Source of the DNA: Candidatus Nanohalarchaeota archaeon
Lineage (GTDB): Archaea; Nanohalarchaeota; Nanosalinia; Nanosalinales; JAFCCC01
DNA: 64,000 nucleotides
Direction of reading: 5' to 3'
NCBI GenBank assembly: GCA_017610385.1
Contig: JAFCCC010000001.1
Coordinates: 32,001 to 96,000, forward strand
Each line of letters starts with the position of its first letter. Positions within the stretch are counted from its first letter, which is position 1. The translations under genes and the position numbers were made by a program. Below are positions 1 to 10,502 of this stretch, one piece after another. Below the pieces are notes generated by a model. That model did not search any database and was not told the origin of the DNA. It saw nothing but the letters and a program-made list of their open reading frames with translations.

Positions 1-8
1 ATAATAAT

Positions 9-515
9 ATGCAGCTAATACTGATTCCGGAAAAAAGGGCATCTATACTCCTTAAAAATAGAAAAAAGAACGTTGAGAAGATTGAGAATTTACTTCATGC
101 GAAGATTAAGGCCACAAAAACCGGTGAAGTAGAAGTCTCATGCACAGATGCTATTGAAGAACTAATTACTTGCGATATCATCAAAGCTATCGGCAGGGGA
201 TTTTCAGTAGAAGACTCGTTAAAATTGTTAGAAGATAATTCCGGATTTCAAGTCATATCCATAACAGATTTTGTAAACACAAAGGCTGCGGAAATACGAC
301 TAAAGGGGCGTATAATTGGAAGGGAAGGAAAAATCAAATCCTTTCTTGAAAAAGAATTAGATATAAATATGTGCATTTACGGAAAAACAGTATCAGTTAT
401 TGGCAACTACAATAATATTGAAGTTGCAAAACAAATTATTGAACTTCTTTTGAAGGGCGGATCTTACGCGTCAATGCGTAAAATAATCCAAAAGAATTCA
501 GAAAATATTCGGTGA
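9..515 (+). CDS. KH-domain pre-rRNA processing protein (Dim2/Pno1/Krr1 family)
   Basis: IIKAIGRGFS and RLKGRIIGREGK KH motifs; directly upstream of top6B, a common archaeal arrangement. Confidence 0.9.
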   Translation: MQLILIPEKRASILLKNRKKNVEKIENLLHAKIKATKTGEVEVSCTDAIEELITCDIIKAIGRGFSVEDSLKLLEDNSGFQVISITDFVNTKAAEIRLKGRIIGREGKIKSFLEKELDINMCIYGKTVSVIGNYNNIEVAKQIIELLLKGGSYASMRKIIQKNSENIR

Positions 516-2149
516 AATTAATGGACGAGCATAGAGAGATTAGCATTGCAGAGTTTTTTGAAAAAAATAGACATCTATTAGGATTTAGCAATTTCCAAAA
601 AGCAATAGTTACTTGTGTAAAAGAAGCAGTTGATAATTCATTAGATGCAGCAGAAGAGGAGGACATACTTCCTGAAGTGCACGTAATAATAGAAGATTTA
701 GGAAAAGATAGATTAAGACTAACTTTTAAAGATAATGCGTCGGGTATTGCTAAAAAACATATTCCAAAAGTCTTTGGAAAATTATTGTATGGAAGTAAAT
801 TTCATAAATTGATGCAGAGCAGAGGACAGCAAGGCATAGGAATTTCTGCTGCCGCATTATACGCACAACTAACTACAGGAAATCCAATACAGATTATTTC
901 AAAATTAAAAGGATCTACAAAAGTTCATGCGTTTACTTTACATTTGGATACTAGAAAAAACGAACCAGAAATTATTAAAGAAGAACTACTAGACACATAT
1001 GAATTCCCTCATGGAACATCTATTCAAATGGATATAGAAGCAAAATATACTCGAGGGACTCATTCTGTATTTCAGTATTTAAAAAGTGTAGCAATTGTAA
1101 ATCCGTCAGCAAAGCTCATACTACAAGAACCTGACGGAAAAATTTATGAATTCCCAAGAGTAACTAAAGACTTGCCGAAAAAAGCTAAAGAAATTAAACC
1201 ACACCCATATGGAGTCGAGCTCGGAATTTTAATGAGAATGCTAAAAGAAACTAAAGCTAGAACTATAGGTTCATTCTTGATGTCGGAATTTACTCGAGTT
1301 GGCAAGACCACTGCACAACAAATCTGTAAAGCTGCTGAGATTGATGTTGTAAATGGCATACGGTTTGTTACGGGATGGGAAAGACGCCCGAATACACTTT
1401 CTAAAGACGATATTGAAAGAATTTTAAGAGCAATGCAAACGACTAACATTCAGAATCCTCCAACAGATTGCCTAGCACCAATCGGAGAAGAATTACTGAA
1501 TAAAGGACTAATAAAAGAACTCAATCCAGAATTCTCCGCAGTAGTTACCAGAAATCCCTCTGTATATAGAGGAATGCCATTTCAGATAGAAACTGCAATA
1601 GCATATGGTGGTGGGATTACTGAAGGACGTTTGATGAGATTTGCCAATAAAGTTCCATTACTATATCAACAAAGTGCAGGAGTAACTATGAAAGCTTTAA
1701 AAAGCACGGATTGGCCAAGATATGGTTTAAAACAATCTGGAGATCTTCCACAGGGTCCTGTACTAGTATTAATGCATATGTGTTCTGTGTGGGTTCCATT
1801 TACATCTGAGGGTAAACAAGCAATTGCAGATTACCCAGAAATACTAAAAGAAATGAAACTTGCTCTTCAAGAAGTTGGAAGAAAACTGAGAACATATATA
1901 AGTAAAAAAAGAAAAGGCCAAATAGAAGAGAAAAAGTTTAAAACGCTTACCGCATATGCTAAAGAAATGGTTGAACCACTTGCTTATTTGGTGGAAACAA
2001 CAACAAAAGAAGACATATCTATGTATTTTGAAGCACTTTTAAAGTCTAAATATACGATGATTGGTGGTGTCGCAATAGATAATGAAACATTAAAAGAATT
2101 GCAAAAAGAGGTATCACAACAGGAGGAAGAAAATGCCAGCACTGAGTGA
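512..2149 (+). CDS. top6B: DNA topoisomerase VI subunit B
   Basis: EISIAEFFEKNRHLLGF, KEAVDNSLDA GHKL motif, QSRGQQGIGIS, RFANKVPLLY. Confidence 0.98.
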   Translation: MKLMDEHREISIAEFFEKNRHLLGFSNFQKAIVTCVKEAVDNSLDAAEEEDILPEVHVIIEDLGKDRLRLTFKDNASGIAKKHIPKVFGKLLYGSKFHKLMQSRGQQGIGISAAALYAQLTTGNPIQIISKLKGSTKVHAFTLHLDTRKNEPEIIKEELLDTYEFPHGTSIQMDIEAKYTRGTHSVFQYLKSVAIVNPSAKLILQEPDGKIYEFPRVTKDLPKKAKEIKPHPYGVELGILMRMLKETKARTIGSFLMSEFTRVGKTTAQQICKAAEIDVVNGIRFVTGWERRPNTLSKDDIERILRAMQTTNIQNPPTDCLAPIGEELLNKGLIKELNPEFSAVVTRNPSVYRGMPFQIETAIAYGGGITEGRLMRFANKVPLLYQQSAGVTMKALKSTDWPRYGLKQSGDLPQGPVLVLMHMCSVWVPFTSEGKQAIADYPEILKEMKLALQEVGRKLRTYISKKRKGQIEEKKFKTLTAYAKEMVEPLAYLVETTTKEDISMYFEALLKSKYTMIGGVAIDNETLKELQKEVSQQEEENASTE

Positions 2150-3254
2150 AGATAAAAATACAATTGAAAAATTAACGAATCTGGGTAAAAAATTACTTAG
2201 TGAATTAAAACAAAAGGAAAGTCCTTATTTTGATCGGCCAGTTAGGTCTCTTTCTAATGTCATATTTGATGAGAAGGCAGGAACCTTAAAATTAGGAGAT
2301 AGAACATCTAGAAGAACTTTTTTGAATATCGGACACGCACGAACTTTTATGCAATCGGTTATGATTGCGGCAAAATGTAAAGAATTAGTCAAAAATGAAA
2401 GATCTGCATCTATCAGAGAATTATATTATCAATTAAAACATACTATTCCGGGCCTTACTGACAATACTTTGGAAGGACAAGAAGAAAGCAATCCAGTAAT
2501 CGTAGATTTAGAAACTGCATTAGATGCATTAAGAGAATATTTACACTTAACAGCAGATCGAAGTGGTCAATTATTTGGACCATTAACAATAGAAGATCAG
2601 GGAGATAAAATAGATTGTTTGAGGTTAGGAAAATCAGGATTATCTATTCCATCCATTGTTGATGATTATAAATTCTTAGATCATGATGCTGAGTTTATTT
2701 TAGTCGTTGAAACAGGCGCTATGGGAGATAGATTAGTTGAAGAAAAATTTCATATAAAAAACAAAGCTATATTAGTATCAAGCGGGGGTCAGCCTTCTAG
2801 AGGAGTTAGGAGATTAACTCATTTACTGCATCAAAAGTTAGAATTACCAGTATACGTATTTACAGATGGGGATCCGTGGGGATTCTATATATATTCTGTT
2901 CTGAAAACAGGTTCAATGAACTTAGCTTTTGAATCTAAAAGATTAGCGACACCGTCTTCTAAATTCATTGGAATGACCATTGAAGATATTGAAAAATATG
3001 GTTTGAAAAAAGTTACAGAAAAATTAAAGGGCATTCCAGCCAAAAAAGCAGGAGGTCCTACAGAAGATTATAAAAGAGCTATTGAATTGAAAAATTATGC
3101 GTGGTTCAAACACGAACTATGGCAAAAAGAATTAGATAAAATGTTAGCAACGGGTATGAGAATAGAGCAACAGGCTTTGGCATCTAAAAAATTAGAGTTC
3201 GTGTCTGATACGTATCTTCCTGAAAAAATCAAAAATCACGAATTCCTCCCATAA
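2133..3254 (+). CDS. top6A: DNA topoisomerase VI subunit A (Spo11 family)
   Basis: SIRELYY with catalytic Tyr, TOPRIM FTDGDPWG; overlaps top6B. Confidence 0.98.
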   Translation: MPALSEDKNTIEKLTNLGKKLLSELKQKESPYFDRPVRSLSNVIFDEKAGTLKLGDRTSRRTFLNIGHARTFMQSVMIAAKCKELVKNERSASIRELYYQLKHTIPGLTDNTLEGQEESNPVIVDLETALDALREYLHLTADRSGQLFGPLTIEDQGDKIDCLRLGKSGLSIPSIVDDYKFLDHDAEFILVVETGAMGDRLVEEKFHIKNKAILVSSGGQPSRGVRRLTHLLHQKLELPVYVFTDGDPWGFYIYSVLKTGSMNLAFESKRLATPSSKFIGMTIEDIEKYGLKKVTEKLKGIPAKKAGGPTEDYKRAIELKNYAWFKHELWQKELDKMLATGMRIEQQALASKKLEFVSDTYLPEKIKNHEFLP

Positions 3255-3298
3255 GTTGGTTCAGCTTTTTATTTGTTTCCACAGAATACTTTATAGAC

Positions 3299-3372
3299 GG
3301 GACAATAGCTCAGCCTGGGAGAGCGCTCGGCTGAAGACCGAGGTGTCGTGGGTTCAAATCCCACTTGTCCCA
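3299..3372 (+). tRNA. tRNA-Phe(GAA), no intron
   Basis: Acceptor GGGACAA/TTGTCCC, anticodon arm CTCGG-CTGAAGA-CCGAG, T-loop TTCAAAT. Confidence 0.97.
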
Positions 3373-3479
3373 CACATAAATAATATATTACATACTCAAG
3401 TTCTGAATAATATTTGTAGTTAATTAACAAATTGATTTTACTATATATTTTTATATTAGCACACAATAAATGCTTAATT

Positions 3480-4226
3480 ATGCGCGCACTTAAAGGAACC
3501 TTTCATATTTATGGCCGGCAACCAGTAGTAGAAGCATTAAAATCTAATTATCTAGTCGAACAAGTTTGGCTTGCTAAAGACATTCAAGAAAAAATAATCG
3601 ATGAAGTAAGATATCTCGCAGGAAAAAAAGGTGTTCCTATAAAATTTGTAGATAAAAATGAAATTCAAAAAATAAGTGGTGCGGTTGTACATCAAGGAAT
3701 TGCTGCGGTCATGGATCACATTAAAATACAGTCTTTTGATAATCTAGGATCATTTTTAAAAAGGAAAAAAAATCCATTTTTAATAATTTTAGATCAGGTT
3801 CAGGATCCACATAATGTGGGAGCTATTCTAAGGACTGCCGAAAGCTGTGGAGCAGATGGAATTATCATCCCAGAAAAAGGCTCTGCACCATTAAATGATA
3901 CTGTTGCTAAAACAAGTGTTGGTGCGATATTTCATCTGAATATATTTAAAGTAAATAAATTAGAAAAAGTAATTGAATTTTTAAATGATCAACAAATAAA
4001 AACATGTGCACTCATGCCAAATTCTGAAACATCTATGTATAAAATTAATTTAAAATCTGGGGTGGCAATTCTTGTGGGTAGCGAAGGAGCAGGTGTACGT
4101 AAAAACATAAGGAAATTATGCTCAAATAAAATCACAATTCCTCAATTCGGTAAAATTGATTCGTTAAATGCGTCTGTAGCAACCGCAGTTGTTTTGTATG
4201 AAGTAGTACGTCAGAGACATTCTTAA
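3480..4226 (+). CDS. rlmB: TrmH/SpoU-family RNA 2'-O-methyltransferase, RlmB-like (23S Gm2251)
   Basis: IYGRQPVVEAL, HQGIAA, LDQVQDPHNVGAILRTA, GSEGAG, SLNASVA; ATG at 3480 preferred over the ORF-track start at 3432. Confidence 0.85.
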   Translation: MRALKGTFHIYGRQPVVEALKSNYLVEQVWLAKDIQEKIIDEVRYLAGKKGVPIKFVDKNEIQKISGAVVHQGIAAVMDHIKIQSFDNLGSFLKRKKNPFLIILDQVQDPHNVGAILRTAESCGADGIIIPEKGSAPLNDTVAKTSVGAIFHLNIFKVNKLEKVIEFLNDQQIKTCALMPNSETSMYKINLKSGVAILVGSEGAGVRKNIRKLCSNKITIPQFGKIDSLNASVATAVVLYEVVRQRHS

Positions 4227-4371
4227 AACGAGTTAAAACACATTAATTCTTTGATTTGAGATAAAAAGTAATTATGAAAATTCAAACTATTTCGATTTGA
4301 AATAAAAAAGAAAAGAAATTTGGAAGAGTATTTAGCTCTTCACGAATTTAACTTGACTATTCATCCAACAA

Positions 4372-7011
4372 TTAACTTGGATATTCTGCGCTTGTCAAAG
4401 TAATTTCACTTACACCTGTTGCTGCTTTGTCGCTAAATGGTGCTACATCATATGTAGCAACTGCTTTGCTTGCAGATCTGGTATCGTCGGCGCTGTGACC
4501 AGCTACGACTAATGCTACTTTTCCTGAGACAAATGCGTCTTCAACCAAGACAACTTGAGCCATACCATCGTGTGCTCCATCTCTCCAGGTATCTAAATCC
4601 CAGACAGTAGAACCTTCTTGTGCAGATAAATCAGCTACCAAAGTATTGATTGCTGGTCCACCTATCAAGATTAAGTTGTTATCGCTCTTAATTGATGGTG
4701 TTACTTCAGTGTCTAACCATGCAGCGTTAGCTAATAAGTCACCTTGTGTGCTTTCTGTGTAGGTAACATCAGTTGAACCGCCACCAATAGTTATAACTGG
4801 TTCTTCTCCTACTGCAACAGCTGCAATGGATTGCTCATCTGGATAATAGATGGTAATTGTTCCTTGTTCGTATGTGTACTGTTTTACGAAAGCACCATAT
4901 CGATCAACTGTTTTGTAGGTGTATGTGTCACCAATCATATTGTCTTTGTAGTTTGTTGCAGGTGCAGATGCATCTGTATAAACTACAGTTGAACTCCATC
5001 CCATTTTCATAGGCGCTGTTCCAGACGTTCCACCAATTGCAATGATTGCATCTCTTACTTCAGATCCACCACTATTCTTGCCTTTTTCTTCTAATAACAA
5101 GACCATTGGATGTAACAAAGGAAGGACTCCACCGATTGTAGTTATATTGGAGGTAGACATACCATTTGTCAAGGCGTATGTAATTCTTCCTGCACTAACA
5201 GACGTTGTTGCATTGGTAATCCCGACAATAGTTGTTCCTGCACTGCCACCGGGTACTTCATAATACGTTGTAGTGAGATTGCCATTAGCCAATCCTTGTG
5301 TTGAAACGTTGTTTAGGAAAGTTAGAAACTCTCCATTTGCTCCCTTGATTAAGGGGAATAGAGTGGTTATATTTCCTGTACTACCGAAGGTTGCTGTGTC
5401 AGTTGAATCTGCGTTCCAGGTAAATTTAGCTACAGCAGATGTTGCGTTGACAAAGTATGTCAATCCATCAATATATGCGGTTGCATTTGTATATCCTGGT
5501 GCTTCCAGATAGATTGTCGTTTTGTCGCCAGACATCATATCTGTTAACTCAACTTGTGGTGTTCCAGATGAATCTCCTACATCATCAATGTTTGATACTT
5601 GGAAGATGTGTGAGAAGTCTCCTTGAGATAGCAACACATATTCGTATTCAGGTACTGCTTCTCCTTCTATTACATGATACACCCTTGCGCTTGTATCTGT
5701 TAGGGTAGGAGTAACTGTTCCTGTGACTGTGTCGTTATCATAACCAATTGACAAAGTCTTTTCATATCCTCTGTAATCAGTGAACTTTAAGGTTTGTGCG
5801 TTATCCCCAGAGGTAGCTAAGTAGGTTTGTGATCTGCCAGCGTCTTCTAAGTCAGGACTTACACCACCGAAAGCCACTTTGAAAGATCCAAAAACTGGGT
5901 CTACAAATGAATTTCCTTTTGCGATGTAATCTCCGGTTGCGTCTGGTGCTGCAACAGCAACTTCTAATTTAGAGATACCAGAATACTGTGTACCTGTATT
6001 AGTTGTATAAGTTCCATCAACAGAAGTTAAACTTGTTCCGGTTTTTACTTTATTTGCATTGTCTAAGCTAATTTTTTCAGAACCTAAGCTCAACGTTGCG
6101 TAGTTCTGTGTTAGGTCTGTACTACTTGCGTAAAATACGCTTTTAATGTAGATATTTAGACCTTCCAAGGTTGTACTTTCTCCTTGTGCGTAAGTTGAAC
6201 CGTCACTTACTCCATTAACTGTAAATGCAACATTGGAACTCGTGTCTACGACAGCCTTAACTACATAGTCTGTTCCACCAACAGTAACTGTTTGTTCTAC
6301 TCCGTGTGTAAATTGATCAGTTACACCATATCCATAAAGAATTAGTGTATTGTAATCTGATCCACTACCAATAGTGTAATCTTTGTTGAACAAAGTTAAT
6401 GTCTTACCTTGTACTCTGGAATTAGATATATTCAATAATTTATTGAACACAACTCTTGCAGTATATAATGGTGCTGCAACATTAGTTCCACCAGTACCTG
6501 AATCTACATACATTACGGGATCTATACTTTCGCCAGATTTTCCAAACGTAACTGTTCGGCTTCCCATGACCAAGTATTGATCATAGGTGTAATCTACACC
6601 TGAAACACTAAGGGTACCAGATGCAAGAAGATTTGGTAATTCGTTTTTAGTTATTGTCGTTTTCGCGCTGTTTATGGCGTCGCCTAAATATAGTTTTGTA
6701 TTTGCAGTGTCTAAGGATTCACCACCTGTTACTGAAACAGATGCTGAGCCTGTTGCTGCAGTTGCGGTTTTTTCTTCGCTTGTTATAGCCAAGTTACCTA
6801 ATCGCTCTGCGATCTGGATACCACCAACTACGTCGGCAGTCATAGCCCCACTCCCAACTACAATTTGTGATGCAATATTTCCATTGCTCACAAAAGGACT
6901 TGGAAAGTCAGCTAGATCAAATGCGGAAACCATACCTAATGTGGCCCCCATCATTAATGCTCCAGATGCTAGTGCGCCAATCTTTCTGATCGTCGCTTTT
7001 AAATTTTGCAT
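4372..7011 (-). CDS. S-layer protein
   Basis: Signal peptide (IRKIGALASGALMMGATLG), DLADFPSPFV N-terminal and NLILIGGPAIN C-terminal S-layer motifs, Thr/Gly/Ser-rich with many N-x-S/T sequons. Confidence 0.93.
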   Translation of the reverse strand: MQNLKATIRKIGALASGALMMGATLGMVSAFDLADFPSPFVSNGNIASQIVVGSGAMTADVVGGIQIAERLGNLAITSEEKTATAATGSASVSVTGGESLDTANTKLYLGDAINSAKTTITKNELPNLLASGTLSVSGVDYTYDQYLVMGSRTVTFGKSGESIDPVMYVDSGTGGTNVAAPLYTARVVFNKLLNISNSRVQGKTLTLFNKDYTIGSGSDYNTLILYGYGVTDQFTHGVEQTVTVGGTDYVVKAVVDTSSNVAFTVNGVSDGSTYAQGESTTLEGLNIYIKSVFYASSTDLTQNYATLSLGSEKISLDNANKVKTGTSLTSVDGTYTTNTGTQYSGISKLEVAVAAPDATGDYIAKGNSFVDPVFGSFKVAFGGVSPDLEDAGRSQTYLATSGDNAQTLKFTDYRGYEKTLSIGYDNDTVTGTVTPTLTDTSARVYHVIEGEAVPEYEYVLLSQGDFSHIFQVSNIDDVGDSSGTPQVELTDMMSGDKTTIYLEAPGYTNATAYIDGLTYFVNATSAVAKFTWNADSTDTATFGSTGNITTLFPLIKGANGEFLTFLNNVSTQGLANGNLTTTYYEVPGGSAGTTIVGITNATTSVSAGRITYALTNGMSTSNITTIGGVLPLLHPMVLLLEEKGKNSGGSEVRDAIIAIGGTSGTAPMKMGWSSTVVYTDASAPATNYKDNMIGDTYTYKTVDRYGAFVKQYTYEQGTITIYYPDEQSIAAVAVGEEPVITIGGGSTDVTYTESTQGDLLANAAWLDTEVTPSIKSDNNLILIGGPAINTLVADLSAQEGSTVWDLDTWRDGAHDGMAQVVLVEDAFVSGKVALVVAGHSADDTRSASKAVATYDVAPFSDKAATGVSEITLTSAEYPS

Positions 7012-7589
7012 TATTTTTTCACCTTTCTCAAATCAATTTTTGTTTTTCTCATTTTTCTCTGAACTAAGATTATCATCTATAAAACAATAGAGATAATTGT
7101 AAGTATCAAAGATGTTCTAAGAAGTATATTCTATAGATTCACATATATAACTGACTTGAAACCTTTGTGAAACCATTTTTAATCTGAATAAACATGCGCT
7201 TTATATGTTATTCTAGTATCACTTACTCCGTTCAATTGTTCCAATAGGCCCAAAAGACGGTAAAACTTGAAAGTAAGAGTATATAGCAGTTTTCGAATAT
7301 GTGAGTTTATTTTATTAATCTATTCTTTTAAATCCCTTCATATCCCTAAAAAGAAGTTATTATAACTTAAAGAACCTTATCGACAGCTTATCTATAAATA
7401 AGCTATGAGAAATAGTGATTTTTTGCATACAATCTAAAAAGTTATGATATTTTTAATAATTTTTCTTCATATTATTGTCGGTTTTGTTTGTTTTAGAAAT
7501 GTTTTAGAAGTATACTCTTAATAATTTTGTGACAATATATTAAAGTATTAATAACTGTTGAATAAACATATTACAAGTTATTCAAATTT

Positions 7590-7675
7590 GCCTTGGTAGC
7601 TTAGCTGGTAGAGCGCGTGGCTGTTAAAATTTTGCAGTAACCACGAGGTCGCAGGTTCAAGTCCTGCCCAAGGCG
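7590..7675 (+). tRNA. tRNA-Asn(GTT) with 13-nt intron at 37/38 (7627-7639)
   Basis: Acceptor GCCTTGG/CCAAGGC; stem CGTGG/CCACG; central helix CTGT/GCAG with TA|A bulges. Confidence 0.95.
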
Positions 7676-7732
7676 CACTGTTCTTAAAAATAAAACTATT
7701 ACATTTTTATCTCATTGATTTCAATTAGATGT

Positions 7733-8074
7733 ATGGAAATTAAACAAGTTATTCTTCTAAGAACGGATTTAAAAATGAGTATAGGAAAGAGTGTAGCTCA
7801 GGCATGTCATGCGTCTTTAGAATCATATAAATTAGCAGATAAAAAATCAGTGAAGTCGTGGGAAAGGCAAGGCATGAAAAAGGTTATACTTAAAGTAGAT
7901 CAAGAAACAATATTAGACACATACAAAAAAGTGAAAGGGGAAAAGCTGCCTTGTTATCTCGTAAAAGATGCTGGTAGAACAGAATTAGCTTCGGGAACTA
8001 TAACTGCTTTGGGTATTGGACCCACAGAAGAAGACAAAATAAATAAATTTACAAAAGATCTAAAACTATTATGA
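7733..8074 (+). CDS. pth2: Peptidyl-tRNA hydrolase Pth2
   Basis: KQVILLRTDLKMSIGKSVAQACHA, DAGRTE, GIGP. Confidence 0.96.
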   Translation: MEIKQVILLRTDLKMSIGKSVAQACHASLESYKLADKKSVKSWERQGMKKVILKVDQETILDTYKKVKGEKLPCYLVKDAGRTELASGTITALGIGPTEEDKINKFTKDLKLL

Positions 8075-8081
8075 GGTAAAA

Positions 8082-9227
8082 ATGAGTGAAAATTTTAATT
8101 GGGGTTATTATTCAAGGACCTCCGGGGTACGTGGAACAATTAAAGAACAAATAGACGATTTTATAGTTAGAGAAAGAGCTACACACGATTTAGAAAAAGG
8201 AAATCATCTTATTCTCAAAATGACTAAATATAATTTAACTACTTTGGAAGCATTAAGAGAACTTTCAAATATTCTTCATGTGCCACTGGAAATTTTTGGA
8301 TATGCAGGAAATAAAGATAAAAGAGCGATAACAACACAACACATCTCTGCAAAAAACATGGACAGGGAACAATTTAAGAGGGTTTTTATTCCAAATATAG
8401 AATTAGAACCTTTGGGCTATGGTAAACATATTTCTTTGGGTCAGTTAGAAAGCAATAGTTTTGATATAACCATTAGAAAGATTAATGTAGATAGTGAAGA
8501 TATAATTGCAAGACTAAATGAAATCTGGAAGGAACTTAACGGAAGAATACCAAATTATTTTGGAGATCAACGATTTGGCACTGTTAGACCCATAACGCAC
8601 ATTATTGGTAAACACATTCTACAAGGAGATTATGATGCAGCAGTTTGGACATATATTGGAAAATCAGTTGAGACAGAACCAGAAAGAATTAGAAAAGTAA
8701 GAAAAGAGCTTTGGGAATCTCGAGACGCATCCAGGGCCGCAGAAAAATTCCCGAAACAGTTTGTTTATGAGAAAGTTTTATTATACTACCTTGCAAAAAG
8801 ACCCAAGGATTCTGTAGGTGCTATAAAACAATTGCCGTTAGGTTTACAAAAGTTATTTGTCCACGGATATCAATCGTATTTATTTAATATTGTTCTTTCA
8901 GAACTAATCAAAAAAGGCTTTGATAAAGAGTATGAGTTACCTTTGGTGGGATATAAAACTACATTTAAAAATTCAGAACCAGATCAGAAACTCAAAGAAC
9001 TATTAGAAAAAGAAAAAATGGATATAAGTTCTTTCAAGTTGTATGATCTTCCGTATTTAAAATTAGAAGGTTCTTATAGATCGTGTTTTGCCAAAGTAAA
9101 AAATTTCCGTATCATAAAAGCAGGAGAAGATGAATTAAATATGGGCAAAAACAAAGCAAAAATTAGTTTCGAACTAGGAAAAGGCTGTTATGCTACATCT
9201 GTTCTTAGAGAATTTATGAAGAAATAA
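8082..9227 (+). CDS. truD: tRNA pseudouridine(13) synthase TruD
   Basis: DFIVRE, GYAGNKDKRAIT, PNYFGDQRFG, GCYATSVLRE. Confidence 0.96.
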   Translation: MSENFNWGYYSRTSGVRGTIKEQIDDFIVRERATHDLEKGNHLILKMTKYNLTTLEALRELSNILHVPLEIFGYAGNKDKRAITTQHISAKNMDREQFKRVFIPNIELEPLGYGKHISLGQLESNSFDITIRKINVDSEDIIARLNEIWKELNGRIPNYFGDQRFGTVRPITHIIGKHILQGDYDAAVWTYIGKSVETEPERIRKVRKELWESRDASRAAEKFPKQFVYEKVLLYYLAKRPKDSVGAIKQLPLGLQKLFVHGYQSYLFNIVLSELIKKGFDKEYELPLVGYKTTFKNSEPDQKLKELLEKEKMDISSFKLYDLPYLKLEGSYRSCFAKVKNFRIIKAGEDELNMGKNKAKISFELGKGCYATSVLREFMKK

Positions 9228-9253
9228 AAACCTTGACTATCCTATAATACTGT

Positions 9254-10501
9254 ATGGCATTTTCACCAATAGACGGAATATATCTTACATATTCAACAAT
9301 CGGGATATTTATTTTTAGTGTGTTTGTTTTATTACATCTTCAAAATAAATCTAAATTTTATGATCAACCTAAACTAAAATACACGCCATTAGTAAGCATC
9401 ATTGTTCCTGCATGGAATGAAGAAAACGTTTTATCCGGTACTTTGGATTCTATAAATAAATTGAATTGGCCTAGAGACAAACTAGAAGTTATTGTAGTAA
9501 ATGATGGAAGTACAGATAAGACTTCAGAAGTAGCTAAAAGGTATGGTTGGGTAAAATTAATTGAAAAAGAAAATGGAGGAAAAGCTAGTGCATTGAATGC
9601 GGGTATAAAAAAAGCTCAGGGGGGCTTTATTGCATGCATAGATTCTGATTCTTATCCAGAACCAGATGCATTAAAATATCTAATGCCTCATTTTGAGGAA
9701 GATGGGGTTGGTGCGGTAGTTGCAACCATATTGCCAAAATCTCCCAAAACGTTTATTCAAAAATTGCAAGCCATAGAATATACTGTTATAGCATGGAATA
9801 GAAAACTCCTGCAATTTATTGATGCGATTTATGTTACACCCGGTGCCTTGGCAATTTATAGAAAAGACGCTCTTGAAAAAATCGGTAATTTTGATGAAAA
9901 ATGCATCACAGAAGACATTGAAATAACCTGGAGACTTCAAAGAGCTAGATACAAGGTACGAGCAAGTTTAAATGCAAGAGTATATACAGATGTGCCAAAA
10001 ACACTACGAGTGTGGTGGAAACAAAGACTAAGATGGCATCTTGGAGGCGAACAAACTATTCTAAAACATAGAGGCGCATTTTTTGACAAAAATAAAAATA
10101 AAGTAAAAACATTTATTGCACCCTATCAAATTTCATCGTATATAGTAAGCATTTTAGGGATAAGTACTGGATTTTACATCTTCGCTCGTTTGATGTATAG
10201 ATTGATCTTGTTTGGCTCATTAGCCAGTAAAGTTGGGCTTACATTCAAAGAACAGACTAAGCTATTTGCACCAGTTTTTCTACCAAATATTTTCCTGATT
10301 TTTGGACTTTTAATTTTCACAACATCTATTATATTTACAAAGTTAGCAACCAGTAGCGTTAAATACGAGCAGGTAAGTACATTCTCCAGCATAAAATATG
10401 CAATTAGACTGCTAATCTATGTATCTTTATATGTTATGATATTCCCATTTGTACTTATACACTCCTTATGGAGGTTAGCAATTAGGAGGATTGATTGGTA
10501 A
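9254..10501 (+). CDS. Processive GT2 glycosyltransferase (PgaC/cellulose-synthase-like), membrane
   Basis: VPAWNEE, DGSTD, DSD, TED and QRLRW (D,D,D,QxxRW) motifs plus transmembrane segments. Confidence 0.9.
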   Translation: MAFSPIDGIYLTYSTIGIFIFSVFVLLHLQNKSKFYDQPKLKYTPLVSIIVPAWNEENVLSGTLDSINKLNWPRDKLEVIVVNDGSTDKTSEVAKRYGWVKLIEKENGGKASALNAGIKKAQGGFIACIDSDSYPEPDALKYLMPHFEEDGVGAVVATILPKSPKTFIQKLQAIEYTVIAWNRKLLQFIDAIYVTPGALAIYRKDALEKIGNFDEKCITEDIEITWRLQRARYKVRASLNARVYTDVPKTLRVWWKQRLRWHLGGEQTILKHRGAFFDKNKNKVKTFIAPYQISSYIVSILGISTGFYIFARLMYRLILFGSLASKVGLTFKEQTKLFAPVFLPNIFLIFGLLIFTTSIIFTKLATSSVKYEQVSTFSSIKYAIRLLIYVSLYVMIFPFVLIHSLWRLAIRRIDW

Positions 10502-10502
10502 A

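Noticed and set aside
1346-1382. Apparent insertion VVNGIRFVTGWE in top6B as an intron
   Set aside because: No 4-bp helix with two 3-nt bulges could be drawn, and there is no stop or frameshift
3028-3060. Hairpin-forming in-frame insertion (KGIPAKKAGGP) in top6A as a second mRNA intron
   Set aside because: The best BHB-like cut (GGGC/GTCC, AT|T and TA|C) removes 26 nt and breaks the frame; the gene is open as it stands
7012-7589. Long intergenic region upstream of the S-layer gene as ncRNA or CRISPR
   Set aside because: AT-rich, no repeat-spacer periodicity, only weak hairpins; consistent with divergent promoters
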